Assembly (NCBI GenBank): GCA_013239625.1
Contig: MU054662.1
Location: 14,001,798-14,065,797 of the forward strand
Origin: Lama guanicoe
Taxonomy: Eukaryota
DNA length: 64,000 nucleotides
Direction of reading: 5' to 3'
Part shown: in pieces, positions 49,001 to 61,385 of the stretch
Layout: each line of letters starts with the position of its first letter
How positions within the stretch are numbered: position 1 is the first letter of the stretch
Notes under the pieces: model-generated
Database searches by the model: none
Told to the model about the DNA's origin: nothing
What the model saw: only the letters and a program-made list of their open reading frames with translations
Made by a program: the position numbers and the translations under genes

Positions 49001-51749
49001 GTATTTTTTCAGAGAAATAGAGCTTAAATCACGTTCAGAAGGGCCATTTGCCACGTGGACAGGCCTCAGTTCTCCCAGCTGGCAGTCATGCCGGCGGGGA
49101 CACCGTCAGTCATTCCGCACGTGAGCCAGACCAGGCTGTGGGTGTGACTCCCGGAGACGGGAAGACAGACGACATCCACAGGGACCCGAGGACCAAGGAG
49201 CATTTGTGGGAAGGCTGAACGCTGGTTCCCACCCACCGCTTAACAGCCGGCAGCTCCAACTGCAAGCGGCTGGTCCGGGTTCTCCCCGAGGGAAGCCAGA
49301 GGTGCGGGTGGAAGCCTCCCCGGCGGCGCTCTGTCCCCAGTCTCTGCGCCGGCAGGCCGGCTTGGGCGGCTTTGGGGTCGTGCTGAAAATGGAGCGCCCT
49401 AACTTTCCAGTTACAGAAAAAAGACTGCTCCTCACCTCTCCTGTTAGCTGCTAAGACGCCTTAAGGGTAAGATTAGAAGACAGACAGAACGAGAGAAGAG
49501 TTATTACATTCTGAACCTGACATAGAGAAAAATTAGAGATAAACAGATGAGAACTAGAACATCTTAGATCTCAGCTGAGAGACCACGTCGGTGGGATCAT
49601 CCCTGACCTTGAGCTACGTAAAAAGCAAGGTCGACACACACACGTGACACTGGCAGATGCCACCTGTTACACACGATGACTCTGTGTATTGTCTTAGCGC
49701 ACACTGCCACGTACCCAAGTGGTCTTTTGAACACAGTTGCCAGTAAACGCCACAGATGAAGACCTCAGAAAACGCCTGCTTCCGGCACACGGCTGCACAC
49801 GTGTGGCAAACATCATTTGCACAGGACATGATAATAATCTGCCAGTCTCAAGAGCGACGCTGAGCCCTGGAGATAATTAGCTCAAGCACGTGGTGATAAA
49901 CACATCAAGACAGGAGAAGCATTTCTTCCCTTAAACAAGGAATGCGGCTGCGGCAGGAAGTGCTGTGCCGTGGTAGGTGAACAGCACGCCTGTCATCAAT
50001 GTTCCGTAGCAAACTGTCATCATTCAAGCTAATCTGCTCAGGTCAGGAAATGCCTGGTGACGGGGAATTAAAATCAGGACTTAGGGAAGGAAATTCTGAG
50101 TTCAGAAATAAGTCCCCGGGGTCTTCAAGCCAATCTTCTTCCTCCCAGATAAGACCCCTTTAAACTCACCATCGTCCATCACCACCTGCGTCAAAGTGTT
50201 CTGTCCTGTTAATGAAGCAAACTTAGAAAAGACTCTTTTTCCCCTAGATTTTTATATGCAGATGCATCTCAACATCTCAGAGCCACGCTGAGGTCAGGAT
50301 ATCTTTCCTTAGATCCACTGACTTCTAAAAAAAAATCAATTTCCTATTGTTTTATCTTCCATGAAGAAAAGAGGCAATTTCTACTGACACTGTATGGAAG
50401 AGAGTTTGACGGTATTTGGAAATTTGGAGCCAAATGAAATAGTAACTGAGTGGAGGACCATTTACTAGGTGCCTACAAGTATCTTTTCTTGATTGTAAAT
50501 TCCATTGGTTTTAAGACAAATCATCGGTTTTATTTTAGCTTTCCACGGTGGCAAAAAAAAAATTAACTTTACTGTACGACACATCACATCAACATTTCAG
50601 AGCCATTGAAACAACAGCTCGTGGAGTATGGTTTCGTTTGACTTTGTTTATTTCACCGTCTGTCACCCTAATAATCTCAGGAAACTGCAGTGACCACACA
50701 GAACGTGAAAGCCAGCGCTCGTTTCCTGGGTCCGCTCGACGCTGGGGTGACGTCACGCAGACCCATAAACACCACACACAGACAATGATGTTCTCAGGAA
50801 ATCTCGGGCTGAGCATAAAATCAACGGCCTGGTGTCAGGAGTGTCGTGCGGACGGCGTCCCAGGGACCGTAATGAGGCCAAACTAGCTTTCCTTCTCCGT
50901 GCACTCTGCCTCTGGCCTCCAGGCACTGGTCAATTCAAAACGCAATGGGAGGCCACCCCTCGACCCAGACATATTCATTAGTAATGCACTGTCCCTGCCG
51001 TCTCAAATAACCATAAAAAATGAGTGAAATATATCTGGGAGTTGTTTTCAGGCCTCAGACACAGGCAGCCCCAGACCCCATCCTCTGAGAGAAGCAAGAC
51101 CCACAGCGTGAGCCTCGTGAGCCTCTGAGACCTGCCTGCGGATAAGCTCCCGGCGCTAGCGCCTCAAGCTGGGGTCCAAGCACAACCCGGAACCCCTGAG
51201 GAGCTAACGACGCAGAGCTCAGGATGTCGGGTAGTTGAAGAGGCTGGGGTCCTTCCGGCAAAGCGCCAGAGGCGGGGAAGTGGCCCATCTGCGAGGAGAC
51301 AGTTGCCAGGAGAGTACAGGGGTCCCCCGAAAATCCACAGCCAGAGTCTGGGCTGCACGCGCCCGGGGTCAGACGAGACGGGCCTTACCAGGGGGTGAAT
51401 TCCGCAGGCTGAGGACGGAAGAGCGACACTGAAGTGAACGCAGTTCCGGGAGCGCTGGCAATACTGCCCCACTTGAGCGGAGAGACCTCATTCCCATCTG
51501 GTTACTTTTCCAGGAATCCAGCTGAGACTCCAGAGAGGCTGCGCCTCAGGACGAAGGGCGAGCCTGCGAGCGAGGCAGACCCGCCCTCGCCAGGTCCGCA
51601 CGCGAGCGCCGCCACAGGCCGCCCGGGAGAGGATCTGGACGAGCGTGGCTGCGTTCGAGGGGCTTCGGAAACATCCCAACAAAGCATAAACTCAACTCTG
51701 CGAAAGTTCAAGCCCATCCGTCAGCAACTGAACTACCTTCTAGGATAAA

Positions 51750-54020
51750 ATGGTCACTTCTCAGAGGAGAAAGTGCCATCAACAATACCCTCTAAGCCAC
51801 AGAAAGTCTTGGGCTTGCTAAGAAATGGCGGGAAAGCCATTTCCCACCGCAAAGGCGGGAAAGCCGTTAATAGGAACGTCCTCAAATGACCCAGATTCTG
51901 GCTTTAGCAAAGATTTAAAGCAACTTCCATAAGTGTGTTCAGAGAACTTTAAAATGTCAAGGGAAGTGTGTCTAATGAGAAGACAGATGGAGGTTCTCAG
52001 CAGAAAAATGAAAATTATAAATAATAACCAAACAAAGAGAACCAAAGGGGACTCTGTAAGAAAGCAGGATGACAGACAACATTGTTTAAATGACTGAGTG
52101 TAACTGGAGGCAAGCGCAGAGCCAGCAAACCTGAGAAGACAGGAACGAGAAACACCCGGGTTTGAGAAGAGAGTGAGAAAAATGATGGAAGGCGAGCGAC
52201 CAGAGCCGCGGGGATCCCTGGGACTAACCCCAGCAGTCTCACGCACGTGAGAGAAGCCGAGTGTAAAGAGAACGTGGAGGAAGCGGAAAATGTATTTGAA
52301 AAGAATGATAACTGAATATTGACCAGATTTGATGAAACATATTAAGCTTCAAAACCAAGAACTTCAACAAATCCGAGCAGGATGAATGCAAGGAAAGCCA
52401 CCGCATGGCACAGCACAGGAAAACTGCTGCAAACAGAGAGAGAGGGAGGCCTGAAGCAGCTCCGGGGGCGGGGAGGGCGGTGCCCAGCACAGACGGGGAG
52501 CAGCTACGCGGACTGATCAGATTTACTTCCGACCTAGAAACAACCGACGCCAGAAGATGGTGGAACATCTTTAAAGAGCTGAAGGAAACTCTCGCCACCT
52601 AGACCCCCACACCAGGGAAGAGACCCCTCGGGAGTCAGGGTCAAATGCAGGCATTTAAATAAACTAAAGCTGAAGGCACTTTTCACCGGCAGCTTCAAGG
52701 AGAGCAGAGAAGAAGGAAGAGCAGCAGGTGGAAACACAGCTCTCGGAGGCAAGCGAGCGGCAGAAACGGTCAACAGCATAAAACACTGTGCCTGTTTTTC
52801 CCCTTTCACTACCTCCTGAAAAAATACCTGACTACGGGCAGTCCTTTCTTTCCGTGGCGGACGAGGACCATGAAAATCAGCACGCTGAAGCCTCGCGAAG
52901 TGCTGCTAACCGCCAACGGGAAGGTTCAGACGGTTCCCTGACTTTAAAACTCCTTGTCAAAATACTAACTCTCTCACCGCTGACTACACAAACGTTTAGG
53001 GAAGTAAAAATAGAGTAAAATTAATAGCTATTAGGTATACTATGGTTCACAGCATCAGAAACATTGAGAACTGAACCATTTTCTCCGTAAAACACACAAA
53101 TTACCAAGGGTCGTCTGAGGAGTGGCTTCCGTCGTCCCATCACATAACCTACGGCGCAAAGTGAGCACTTCCCTGTGCCTTAGAAAAAAGTAAGCTTTTT
53201 TAAGTTTGAATCGATTTCTGATTAAGTCTTCGTGCTTTCAACCGCACGAAGTATCTCAGGGTTCGTTTTGGTTTTTTATGTGGTATTTTTCGCTGGCATT
53301 GCTTCTTCTAAGATGTGGTCACCCTTTTTACCACAACCGCTTTCCTCGTTTATGCTGGTGATCTTTGTCGTCACCAAGTCCTCTGGGTGGACAGCTGGAG
53401 CCTCTCAGAGCGTGGCAGGGCCGCCAGTCCCCTGGGCCACTATTTCTTCAGTTTCCTCTCTTCGCTGCACATTTATCTTTGTCAGACGACCTCCTCATTT
53501 GGTTACCCACTTTTGTCCCATGTGATGTGGGTTTGCCACTGGGATACAAGGAGGTGACAGACCTACACGCTTGCTGTCTGTGCACAAAGTCACAGAGGCT
53601 GTGATCACAGACTCTGTGAAGAGTGACACGGCTGGTTACTAACCACAGGTGCACCTGTCAATCATGTTGCGACTTGTGAATGGGGAAGCTAGGAGTGAAG
53701 TTTGTATCTTATACAATTATTCACGCTTAATACACTGGCAACTGATACGTAAATTATGTTGTTGGAAGACTGGGATTAATTAAATAAATGCGATACCTGA
53801 AACGTGGGCATATCAAAACCATGCAAAGCGGAAACCACTTGTCCTGGAAGCAGGTACCGCGTCTTAAGGCAGGATTTATAACGCACACAGAAGGAAAGGG
53901 GATTTAAATAGCAGCATAAAGTCGGCAGCTGGGTAAATGGAATTATATTGCCATATAATCACTACATTTTTGAAATGATAGGTAACAAGTGTATGAAATG
54001 GTACAACATGGACTCAATTT
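51750..54020 (+). mobile_element. Ancient L1M ORF1 region, split by a Tigger insertion
   Basis: A-rich decayed ORF1 motifs (tatttgaaaagaatgataactgaa, ccaagaacttcaacaaatcc, gccagaagatggtggaacatctttaaagagctgaagg). L1-like sequence resumes after 53842. Confidence 0.75.
52835..53841. mobile_element. TcMar-Tigger DNA transposon (Tigger13a-like), near full length
   Basis: Degenerate TIRs cgggcagtcctttctttcc and gcaaagcggaaaccacttg, a TA immediately to the left (52833-52834), and internal blocks matching the recalled consensus (agaaacattgagaa, gaagtttgtatcttatacaatta). Confidence 0.7.
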
Positions 54021-54024
54021 AGAT

Positions 54025-54560
54025 TTCTTAACCGAAATTTTAACGGCGAGAACTGTGGGTCTGCACGCCATGGCAAGAAATGACACTGAGATGCCCTGTA
54101 CTATTTATCCATTTTCCCCAAAGGTAACAACTTAACAAAACACAGTACAGTGTCACAACGAGGATGTCGACGGGGCTCAAATCCAAGCCTTACTCAGATT
54201 TCCCTAGACTTACTTGTTCTCAGTTCTGTGTGTATTTAGTTCTGTCCAATTTTATTACATGTGTAGGTTTGTGTATCCGCCGTCACACTCAAGATAAAGA
54301 ACATTTCCACCACCACCCCCTCGTGTTGTCCTGCCATAACCACACCGGCTCTCTCCCTCCCTCCCTGAGCTCTAGCCACCACCGAGCTACTCTCCATTTC
54401 TGAAACGTTCTCATTGAAAGCTGTTACATAAACGCACTTGTACGGATGTGCCCTTTGAGACTGGCATCTCTCGCTCAGGATAGTTTCTGGAGAGCCACAC
54501 ACAGAGTTGTAGGTGTCAATACTTCCTTCTTGCTGCACTGGGACGCTCGCCACCCCAGCA
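54025..54560 (-). mobile_element. L1MC-type 3' end
   Basis: ttttccccaaaggtaacaac...cagtacagtgtcacaacgaggat...tactcagatttccc...caattttattacatgtgtaggtt. Confidence 0.75.
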
Positions 54561-55246
54561 TTAACATACAGGATTTGTACGTGACGTGTGGCCCGCAGGG
54601 CACCACGTACACAGGGGGAGCAAGTTTGCTCCTGAGTCATCTCCGTTTTATATTCCAGAATCGCCTAGTAATTAGCTTGGTGACAGGAACATTCTCTAGC
54701 AGAAAACCATAAATTCCGGGTTTGTTTACTGTAAACAACCACAGAGAAACCAGGCACCCCTGTCAAAAGCGTTCCATCGGCGGGACCCACACATCAGCCA
54801 TGACCATCGAGAGGCCCAGTCACCATGTTTGCACAGAGATTCAAACTGGCAGTTTCTCCTCCAGGCATCCTCAACCGACTCAAACCGTTTGTCTCAAGGA
54901 CTCCTTTCCCGCCCACAGGTCACCTCTGTGGGTCCATTTTTGGACTCTCCATTCTTTTCCTCCATCTCTAAGCTGCATGGTCACTTGGAGTCATTTGAGC
55001 ACTCTGAGCCTCAAAGCCCTGATAAGCAAAATAGCAGTAATAATAAACGATTCGTTAAGGTGTCGTGACCACGCGTGAGCCTGGCCCGCAGGAGGTCCTG
55101 GACGCGTGGTGGCTATTACACGGCACGTGTCGTCTGAATGCAAACTGGGCTGCGTCGACCGACAAGGGACTGTATTTTTTCCCCTGTTTGAAACAGTCAA
55201 TCTGAGAGATCACAGAAAAGCATAATAAAGTCACTCATTTTTGCAC

Positions 55247-55385
55247 TATTTTTTGAAGTACAGTCAGTTTACACTGCTGTGCCAATTTCTGGTGCTCAGC
55301 ATGACAGCTCAGTTACGACACACATACAGATATTCATTTTCATATTCTTTTTCATTATAGGTTACTACAAGATATTAAACATACC
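55247..55385 (-). mobile_element. Short truncated L1 3' end, same family as 11176-11368 but not inverted
   Basis: ttttttgaagtacagtcagtttaca...ccaatttctggtg...catattctttttcattataggttactacaagatatt. Confidence 0.85.
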
Positions 55386-55761
55386 ATAGTCAATAGAATC
55401 GCTTTTAATCATTTAATAAATCATTTTATAAGAACATAATTTCTCAAAACTGAGGTAACCCACAGAAACCCTGAATATACTGCTGTAAATGTGCACCATG
55501 TTAATACGCATACGTGTGCACCGTAATGCACGTATGTATGTAGCTTAGCGTGTAGACTGAATCTGTCTTGGCTGAAGCTCGGCCGTGCGTCTAAGGCTGC
55601 AGGACACCGCCACCCACCAGCCCTCACCTCTGACCTGCTCGTCCCGCCAGGCGCACACGTCACCTTCTCCACAAAGTCCTCCCCATCCGTCCAGCAGCCC
55701 CTGTCGTGTCTCTATTCCTACAGGTATGTCTTCTTTTGAAAGCCTCTGTGTTGTTCTTTCA

Positions 55762-55885
55762 CTTTAGACACTGAGGTCCTTCAAGTTAGGGACAGCGTTT
55801 GGTCCCCTGACCGTCTCCGGGCACCCTCTGCACACGTGATCCCATGCGTCGCACACGGTAGGTACTTAATGTAGGTGTTTAACTG
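55762..55885 (+). mobile_element. L2 3' fragment
   Basis: tagacactgaggtccttcaagttagggac...gcacacggtaggtacttaat. Confidence 0.5.
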
Positions 55886-57227
55886 CTTCCGCGCTCTGTC
55901 TCGGTGCCTTGTCTGGCACACAGACGTGCAGGTCAGAGGCTGGGCACCTGCACTCCAGCTGCCCCACTCCACTGTAAACACTCAGTCCCATCCAGACCTC
56001 AGGATGCAGCTGACTCCCCAGAGCGGGGTTCCTCCTGGGGACGGTGGCTCCAGGACGGTGAGCACATCCTGGTAACGAGGCGAGGAGGCGGCAGCTGGGA
56101 GCCCCTCTCAAGGAGAAGCTGTCACTCATACTGTCTATCCAAGCCCTCGTCCTGCGTAACGTAGAACTGATCCGAGCGTGGATGCAGTGGACGGGCGCAC
56201 GGCGTACCTCTGCCTTCACGCTTTACGTCTGACCCCTGTCCAGTCAGCACGTTCCCAGGCATCGCTTAGGGAGCCAGCGCAAACCCAGGTCTCGCCAGGC
56301 GAGGAGGACCCGCTCCCGCAGGAGCATCCGTCCGGCTGGCCTAACCTGAGTCTGGATCGAGCCCCGAGTCAGGAGCACCAGAATGAACCCAGCCAAGTTA
56401 CCAACCTCTGCCGGGCTACGAGGGTGTGACTGAGAACAGCTTGGTACGAGGAGCGGGAGAAGGAACTGGGCGTCCTGAGCTCCGTCCGCAAGCCAGTGTC
56501 AGAGATGCAGGATACTCGAGTCCAAATCAGGCCACAAGTTAGCGTCAGACTCTCACAATCAGCCGAGAGCTGCGTCCGGAGGAAGCCCCGTCTCAGGCAC
56601 CCGTCACGTGCCCGTCTCCCCGCCTTGGCACTTTCTTTAGACTTCGACCGGAGGGACACAAACCAGCCAAGCAAACGCTTTGGCGCAGCTGGTCCTTAGA
56701 CGGCTCTTCTGCAGGCGGGTCGGGACCCGGCTCCCATCAGCTTGTGTCCCGTCTCCCAGTTCACGCCCCAGAAGCCCCTCACGCATCTCCACCAAGCCAG
56801 ACGGGAAGAAACCCGGGGGCCGAGTGTGAGATTCTTTGTTTAAGCTGAGTTGGCCTGCATGTGGTGTAAGTTATTCCACTCATTTTCTACTGGCCGTGTT
56901 CAATTCTCAGGTACCCGACTGGCTCTCATGGCAAGAGAGGCCGGGAAGGGACCACGCGGCTGCCCTCGGCTGGCCGGCTCTGTCACCATCTCCTGCCGCG
57001 TTCCTTTCTCTCAGAGAGACAAGGGGGTGGGAAGAAAACTTCCAGCTTGAGATTCTTAAATCAGAATGTGATTCGCCGCACCCAGCTCACTCTCCCCCTA
57101 AAAACGGAGTAGCCCTGGGCAGACCCTCTGGGGGGCTGACAGCGACCAGCCGCGCTCGCGACACAGCCAGGACCAGGAGGCCCCTCGACCTGTCTTTAAC
57201 ATGCCAGCAACAAAAGCTCCCCGTGCT

Positions 57228-57332
57228 TCTATTTATGTGTTCATTCATCAAACATTTAATATTTATTCAGTGTCTCCTCCGGGGAGAGCCCTGGGCTGGC
57301 CGGACGGGAGAGACAAACAGTCCAGTTCCTGG
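57228..57332 (-). mobile_element. L2 3' end fragment
   Basis: ttcattcatcaaacatttaatatttattcagtgtctcct. Confidence 0.55.
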
Positions 57333-58730
57333 AAGAAGAGGTGGTGCATTGGGTGACCTGGGCGTCACTCAGGGTCTGTAACCTGCTCAGAGCCGCCAGG
57401 CCGGGCTGTGGGTGACCTCAGACCCGGGTTAGTGGCTCCCCGAGCATCACGCCGCGTGTGCGTCTCCCAGCCTCTGCCCCGGATCCGGCGGTCCTGCTGC
57501 CCCTGGTCCCCACACCACCCAGCCAGTGTGTGCCCTCCTGCTTATCTGAGAATTACACGATGACACCGCTCCTGCACTCCGTGGTGTGTGAATAAAGTTA
57601 ACATCTCTCAGGATGACTGAAGTGTAAAGCTCTGTCTGTGTCAAAACAGCCACAAAAAGAGGCTGAAAAAGTGGGCTTTTTGTTTGGAGGATTTTGTTTT
57701 TACTATTAAAGATGCAGAGAGCGGTTCCTCCTGCAGGAAAGGACCGCGAACGCAGAGCAGAGGCAGCAGGGAGAAGGGTCCACTGCGGACGGGACTGCAG
57801 GCCCCTCTCCTCTGCAGCTCAGGTGAGGGTCAGCCTCGCAGGGCTGCGTCCTGTGCAGAACCTCCAGGGTCATCCCCGCGAGACGCTGCCCTCGAGTCGC
57901 GGGGCCCCCTCCTCCCTCCAGAAACGCTGGCTCAACTGCGGGGGGTCTCCAGGCTCGGAGAGCTAGATGCCACTTAGCTGAAAGGCGGGGTGGAGGAGAG
58001 CAGGCCTCAGAGGGAAGCAGCCCCCCTTGCCAGGGCCAGGCCCGTTCACGGCGGCCAGCGTGGGCGAGCTGCACAGGACGGACAGAGCAGGAAGAGGCGG
58101 GGGGTCAGCTCCCTTCCGCACCCGGTCCGTTGCCTGGGGACCTCGTCATCCCACGTCCAGGCCTGAAGGGGTCTGTACGTGTGAACGTGTTTCAGGGAAA
58201 AGGCAAAAGTGGATTCATTAAGGGCCCTCTTGATGTGAACTCACTTCCCAGACAGGCCAGGCTGGGATCTACGCGCCGGGCCAGCCCACGAGGGCGCCAC
58301 CAACTGCAGGCTCAATGTCCTCGGCAGAGCCGCCTGGCTCGCCTGGGGGAGGGATGCACGAAGGCCGCCGGGTGCCCGGGCGCCGAACAAGAGCAAGAGT
58401 CCAAGACGGGAAGGCAGAGACAGGTGACGCGGCATCAGGGCGCAGGCCCGGCCTGGGCGGGTGGGGGCGTCCTGCCCCCGGGGAGGGCCCCGCACAGGCG
58501 CAGGGCGGGCTGGGGAGGGAGGGAGCTCCCGCCCTGGAAACCGTCCAGGGGACCCACTTTCGGAGTCAGGAAAGAGGCAGAGGTTATAATTTTTTTTTCA
58601 TCTTCTACACAGAAAAATTGAAATAAAGGAATTTATGTCTCCAGCAAAGACTCTCACTCATTCAGCAAGTCAATTAAGGGCTCACAGTGCTTCCTTCTAA
58701 CCACATAAATAGGTGCTCATGTTTCCTTTT

Positions 58731-58871
58731 TAACTTCTGTCTTTGCACGTAGGGGTGAGGTAATGAGGGTTAACTGCATTTATTCATTTATTAATGGAGG
58801 TGCTGGGGAGGGAGCCCCGGCCCTCGTGCACGCGCAGCGCGTGCTCTGCCACCGAGCCCTGCCCTCGCCCC
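58731..58871 (-). mobile_element. Camelid tRNA-derived SINE (Vic-1-like), copy D, with a heavily GC-converted head
   Basis: gaggtaatgaggg...atttattcatttattaatggaggtgctgggg... is colinear with copies B and C. Confidence 0.8.
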
Positions 58872-59513
58872 GGGTGCCCCGGCTCCTTTGCCATCACAGG
58901 TTATAAAACGTTCCTCCACGGCCACGTCTGACGCGTGTGCAGGAACCTGGCGTTGGGTGAAGGCGCAGCGTGAGGGTCCAGGCGGCCGCAGTGGGGATCA
59001 AGGCAGCAGAGGAGAAGGGGCTTTTGCTTCCCCAGCCCCATCGCGCTGATCACCCTCGTGCTTCGGGAAGAGGGTGCTGGATGGGTCCACCCACCCACTG
59101 CCCTCAAAACTCCACATCCCGGCCGGAGAGCTGAGGGTCGAGAATGCAATTACTCACCAACATCTTGGTGAGAAAAGCACTCCTGTGCCCCAGCCGCCCC
59201 ACACGCAGGAAGTCGTGTGTGTGCGTGAGTGTGCATGTGCGTGCGTGTGTGCACCAGAGCGTGCTAGGTGCGCAGGGCTGCACAAAGGAAATTTAAGACC
59301 CAGTCCCTCCCCTACGGGATCCAACAATAGAGCTTAATGAAGCCACTGAATAACAATTCAAGGGGACGTGTGACTGAGCACTCCACGAGTGGTCCCAAGG
59401 ACGGTGCTGGAGGAGTTCATCGGGGGCGGAGAAAGAGCAGGGGCAGCAGCGGTGGAGAAGACCCCGCGGGGCAGCGGTGGACAGCGGGACAGTGGGGGAC
59501 AGCGGTGCTCAGG

Positions 59514-59586
59514 CAGAGACATAGGAGACAGAGAAAGAAGAGATAGAGACAGAGAGACAGAGACAGAGGAGAGATGGAGACAGAGG
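59514..59586. repeat. (GAGACA)n/(GA)n simple repeat
   Basis: agagacataggagacagagaaagaagagatagagacagagagacagagacagaggagagatggagacagag. Confidence 0.8.
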
Positions 59587-60639
59587 AGGCGGCTGAGCCA
59601 AGCCTCAGAACGAGGTGGGGCAGTTTCCTGCATCAGCGAGAGACCACTGTCCTCGACTGGAACAGAAAGTTTTTTTGGAAAAGCAGTAAGAAGTAAGTTA
59701 GTGATGGAACCAGGTCATGGGGGAGCTAAAAAGGAGGCACCAGGAGACACCGGGAATCGCTGAAGGCTTCCGACATCTCAGGACGGCAGCCTGGAGCCTG
59801 CTACGCATGCAGGGCTGGGTGACGCAGAACTGAGCGGGGACACCGGCCACAGGAACAGCGACTGTTTGTTGAAAGACCTTTGTGATTTCTTTCCCGGTTC
59901 AGCACAGGAGACAGAGGAGAGGGAAAAGTAGAAATGGTCCAGAATTACAGCCCAGTGATTCCAAGATGGAGCATCATTCATAAGAATAGGCTGTAACCGA
60001 GGAGAAGGGTCCTGCAAGACGTCTGCAGTTAGGGGACCAGGGACGTACTCGCAGGGACGCCCTGAAGCACCTGATGACCAGTTCTTGAACGTGTATGGGA
60101 AGCTGACATCAGCCTGGTCCCCAGACCAGACACGGTGGAAATGGAGCAGGACTGGTTCACGGAGGGAAAAAAAATTAACTGCAAACACAAAACCACACTT
60201 AATGACTATAAATTAGGTTAACCATCCTGGGAAACGTTGCTGCATCCTGCACAACAGGAAAAGCGTTGATGTAAGTAATTTCTCACGAAAAAGGAAAAAG
60301 AATAAAAAACACTAATGACCTAATCAAGACATAGCGAAGGACATAAAAAGGGAACCCGGTGGAAGAGAGAAGACCAACAGCCCAAAAGCACACGAAGGAG
60401 ACGCCCGCCGCGCCAGGACTCGGACCTGGGGGAGGGGACGGTCAGACGTGGGCCTGGGTGCGGGCGTCGCTGAGTGGGAGCCGGGAAGGCGCGGGCCAGG
60501 CGCTCGTCTGCAGAAGGAGAGCCGCAGCAGTGCCTGAAAGGGCCCCGGGGGAGACGAGATGCGCTAACACACGCAAACTGCGCAGAACAGGGTCTGGCCC
60601 AGAGCAAGCACCGTGTAATTGTTAGCTATTGTTAATAAC

Positions 60640-61385
60640 AGAGAAATACAAATTAAAGTAACAATGAGATATAATTTTTCACCCACAGGGTGTCAGAAAT
60701 TTTAAAGTATGAGAACATCAAGTGTTGACAAGGGTTTGGGTGAAGTGATAGGCATCGGCTCCGAGCGGGGACGGAGGTTGGCACACCCAGCTTAGAGGGG
60801 AAAATGGCATATTTTACAGAACTGAAAATACGCTGACTTCAGGACCCAGCAGTCCCACTCGGAGTGCGCACCTCAGAGAAGCCGCCGCAAACGTGTGCGA
60901 GGAGACACGTGCACGGATGTTGACTGTAGCACGTTTTTTGTTATTAGCAAAACACTGGAAAGAATGCAAATGCCTGTAGATAGGACAACAGGTCACAGCA
61001 TAATTCAGTGTATTTAACAACAGAATGGCAGCCAGTGATCAAAAGGAATAAACACGGGTCTCTGTGAACAACCACGTGGCCAGTGGCGAACGCGAGTTGC
61101 TGGTGGAGGCCTGGGCCCCTGAAGCCACAAACACAAGCTGTGGTGTCGCCTCGGGGCCCCTGACGAGAAAGGGGAATGGGGTCCTGGTTGAAGGGAACTT
61201 TACCTTCATTTCTCTGTAATGTCTGATTTCTTCAAAAAAAAAAAAAAAAGCATATTGGCCGCGAAGGAGACAAAGCCTCAGCTGTTGGCTCTGGGTGCTG
61301 ATGAGGGTGGTGATGAGACGCGTGTGAGGTGCACTGTTCTTTGTGCTCCTCTGTATTTTTAAATTTTGGGAAAAAAATTTTAAAT
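60640..61385 (+). mobile_element. L1ME-like ORF2 end and 3' UTR
   Basis: gaaatacaaattaaagtaacaatgagata...atcaagtgttgacaagg...gacccagcagtcccactc...tagcaaaacactggaa. Confidence 0.7.
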
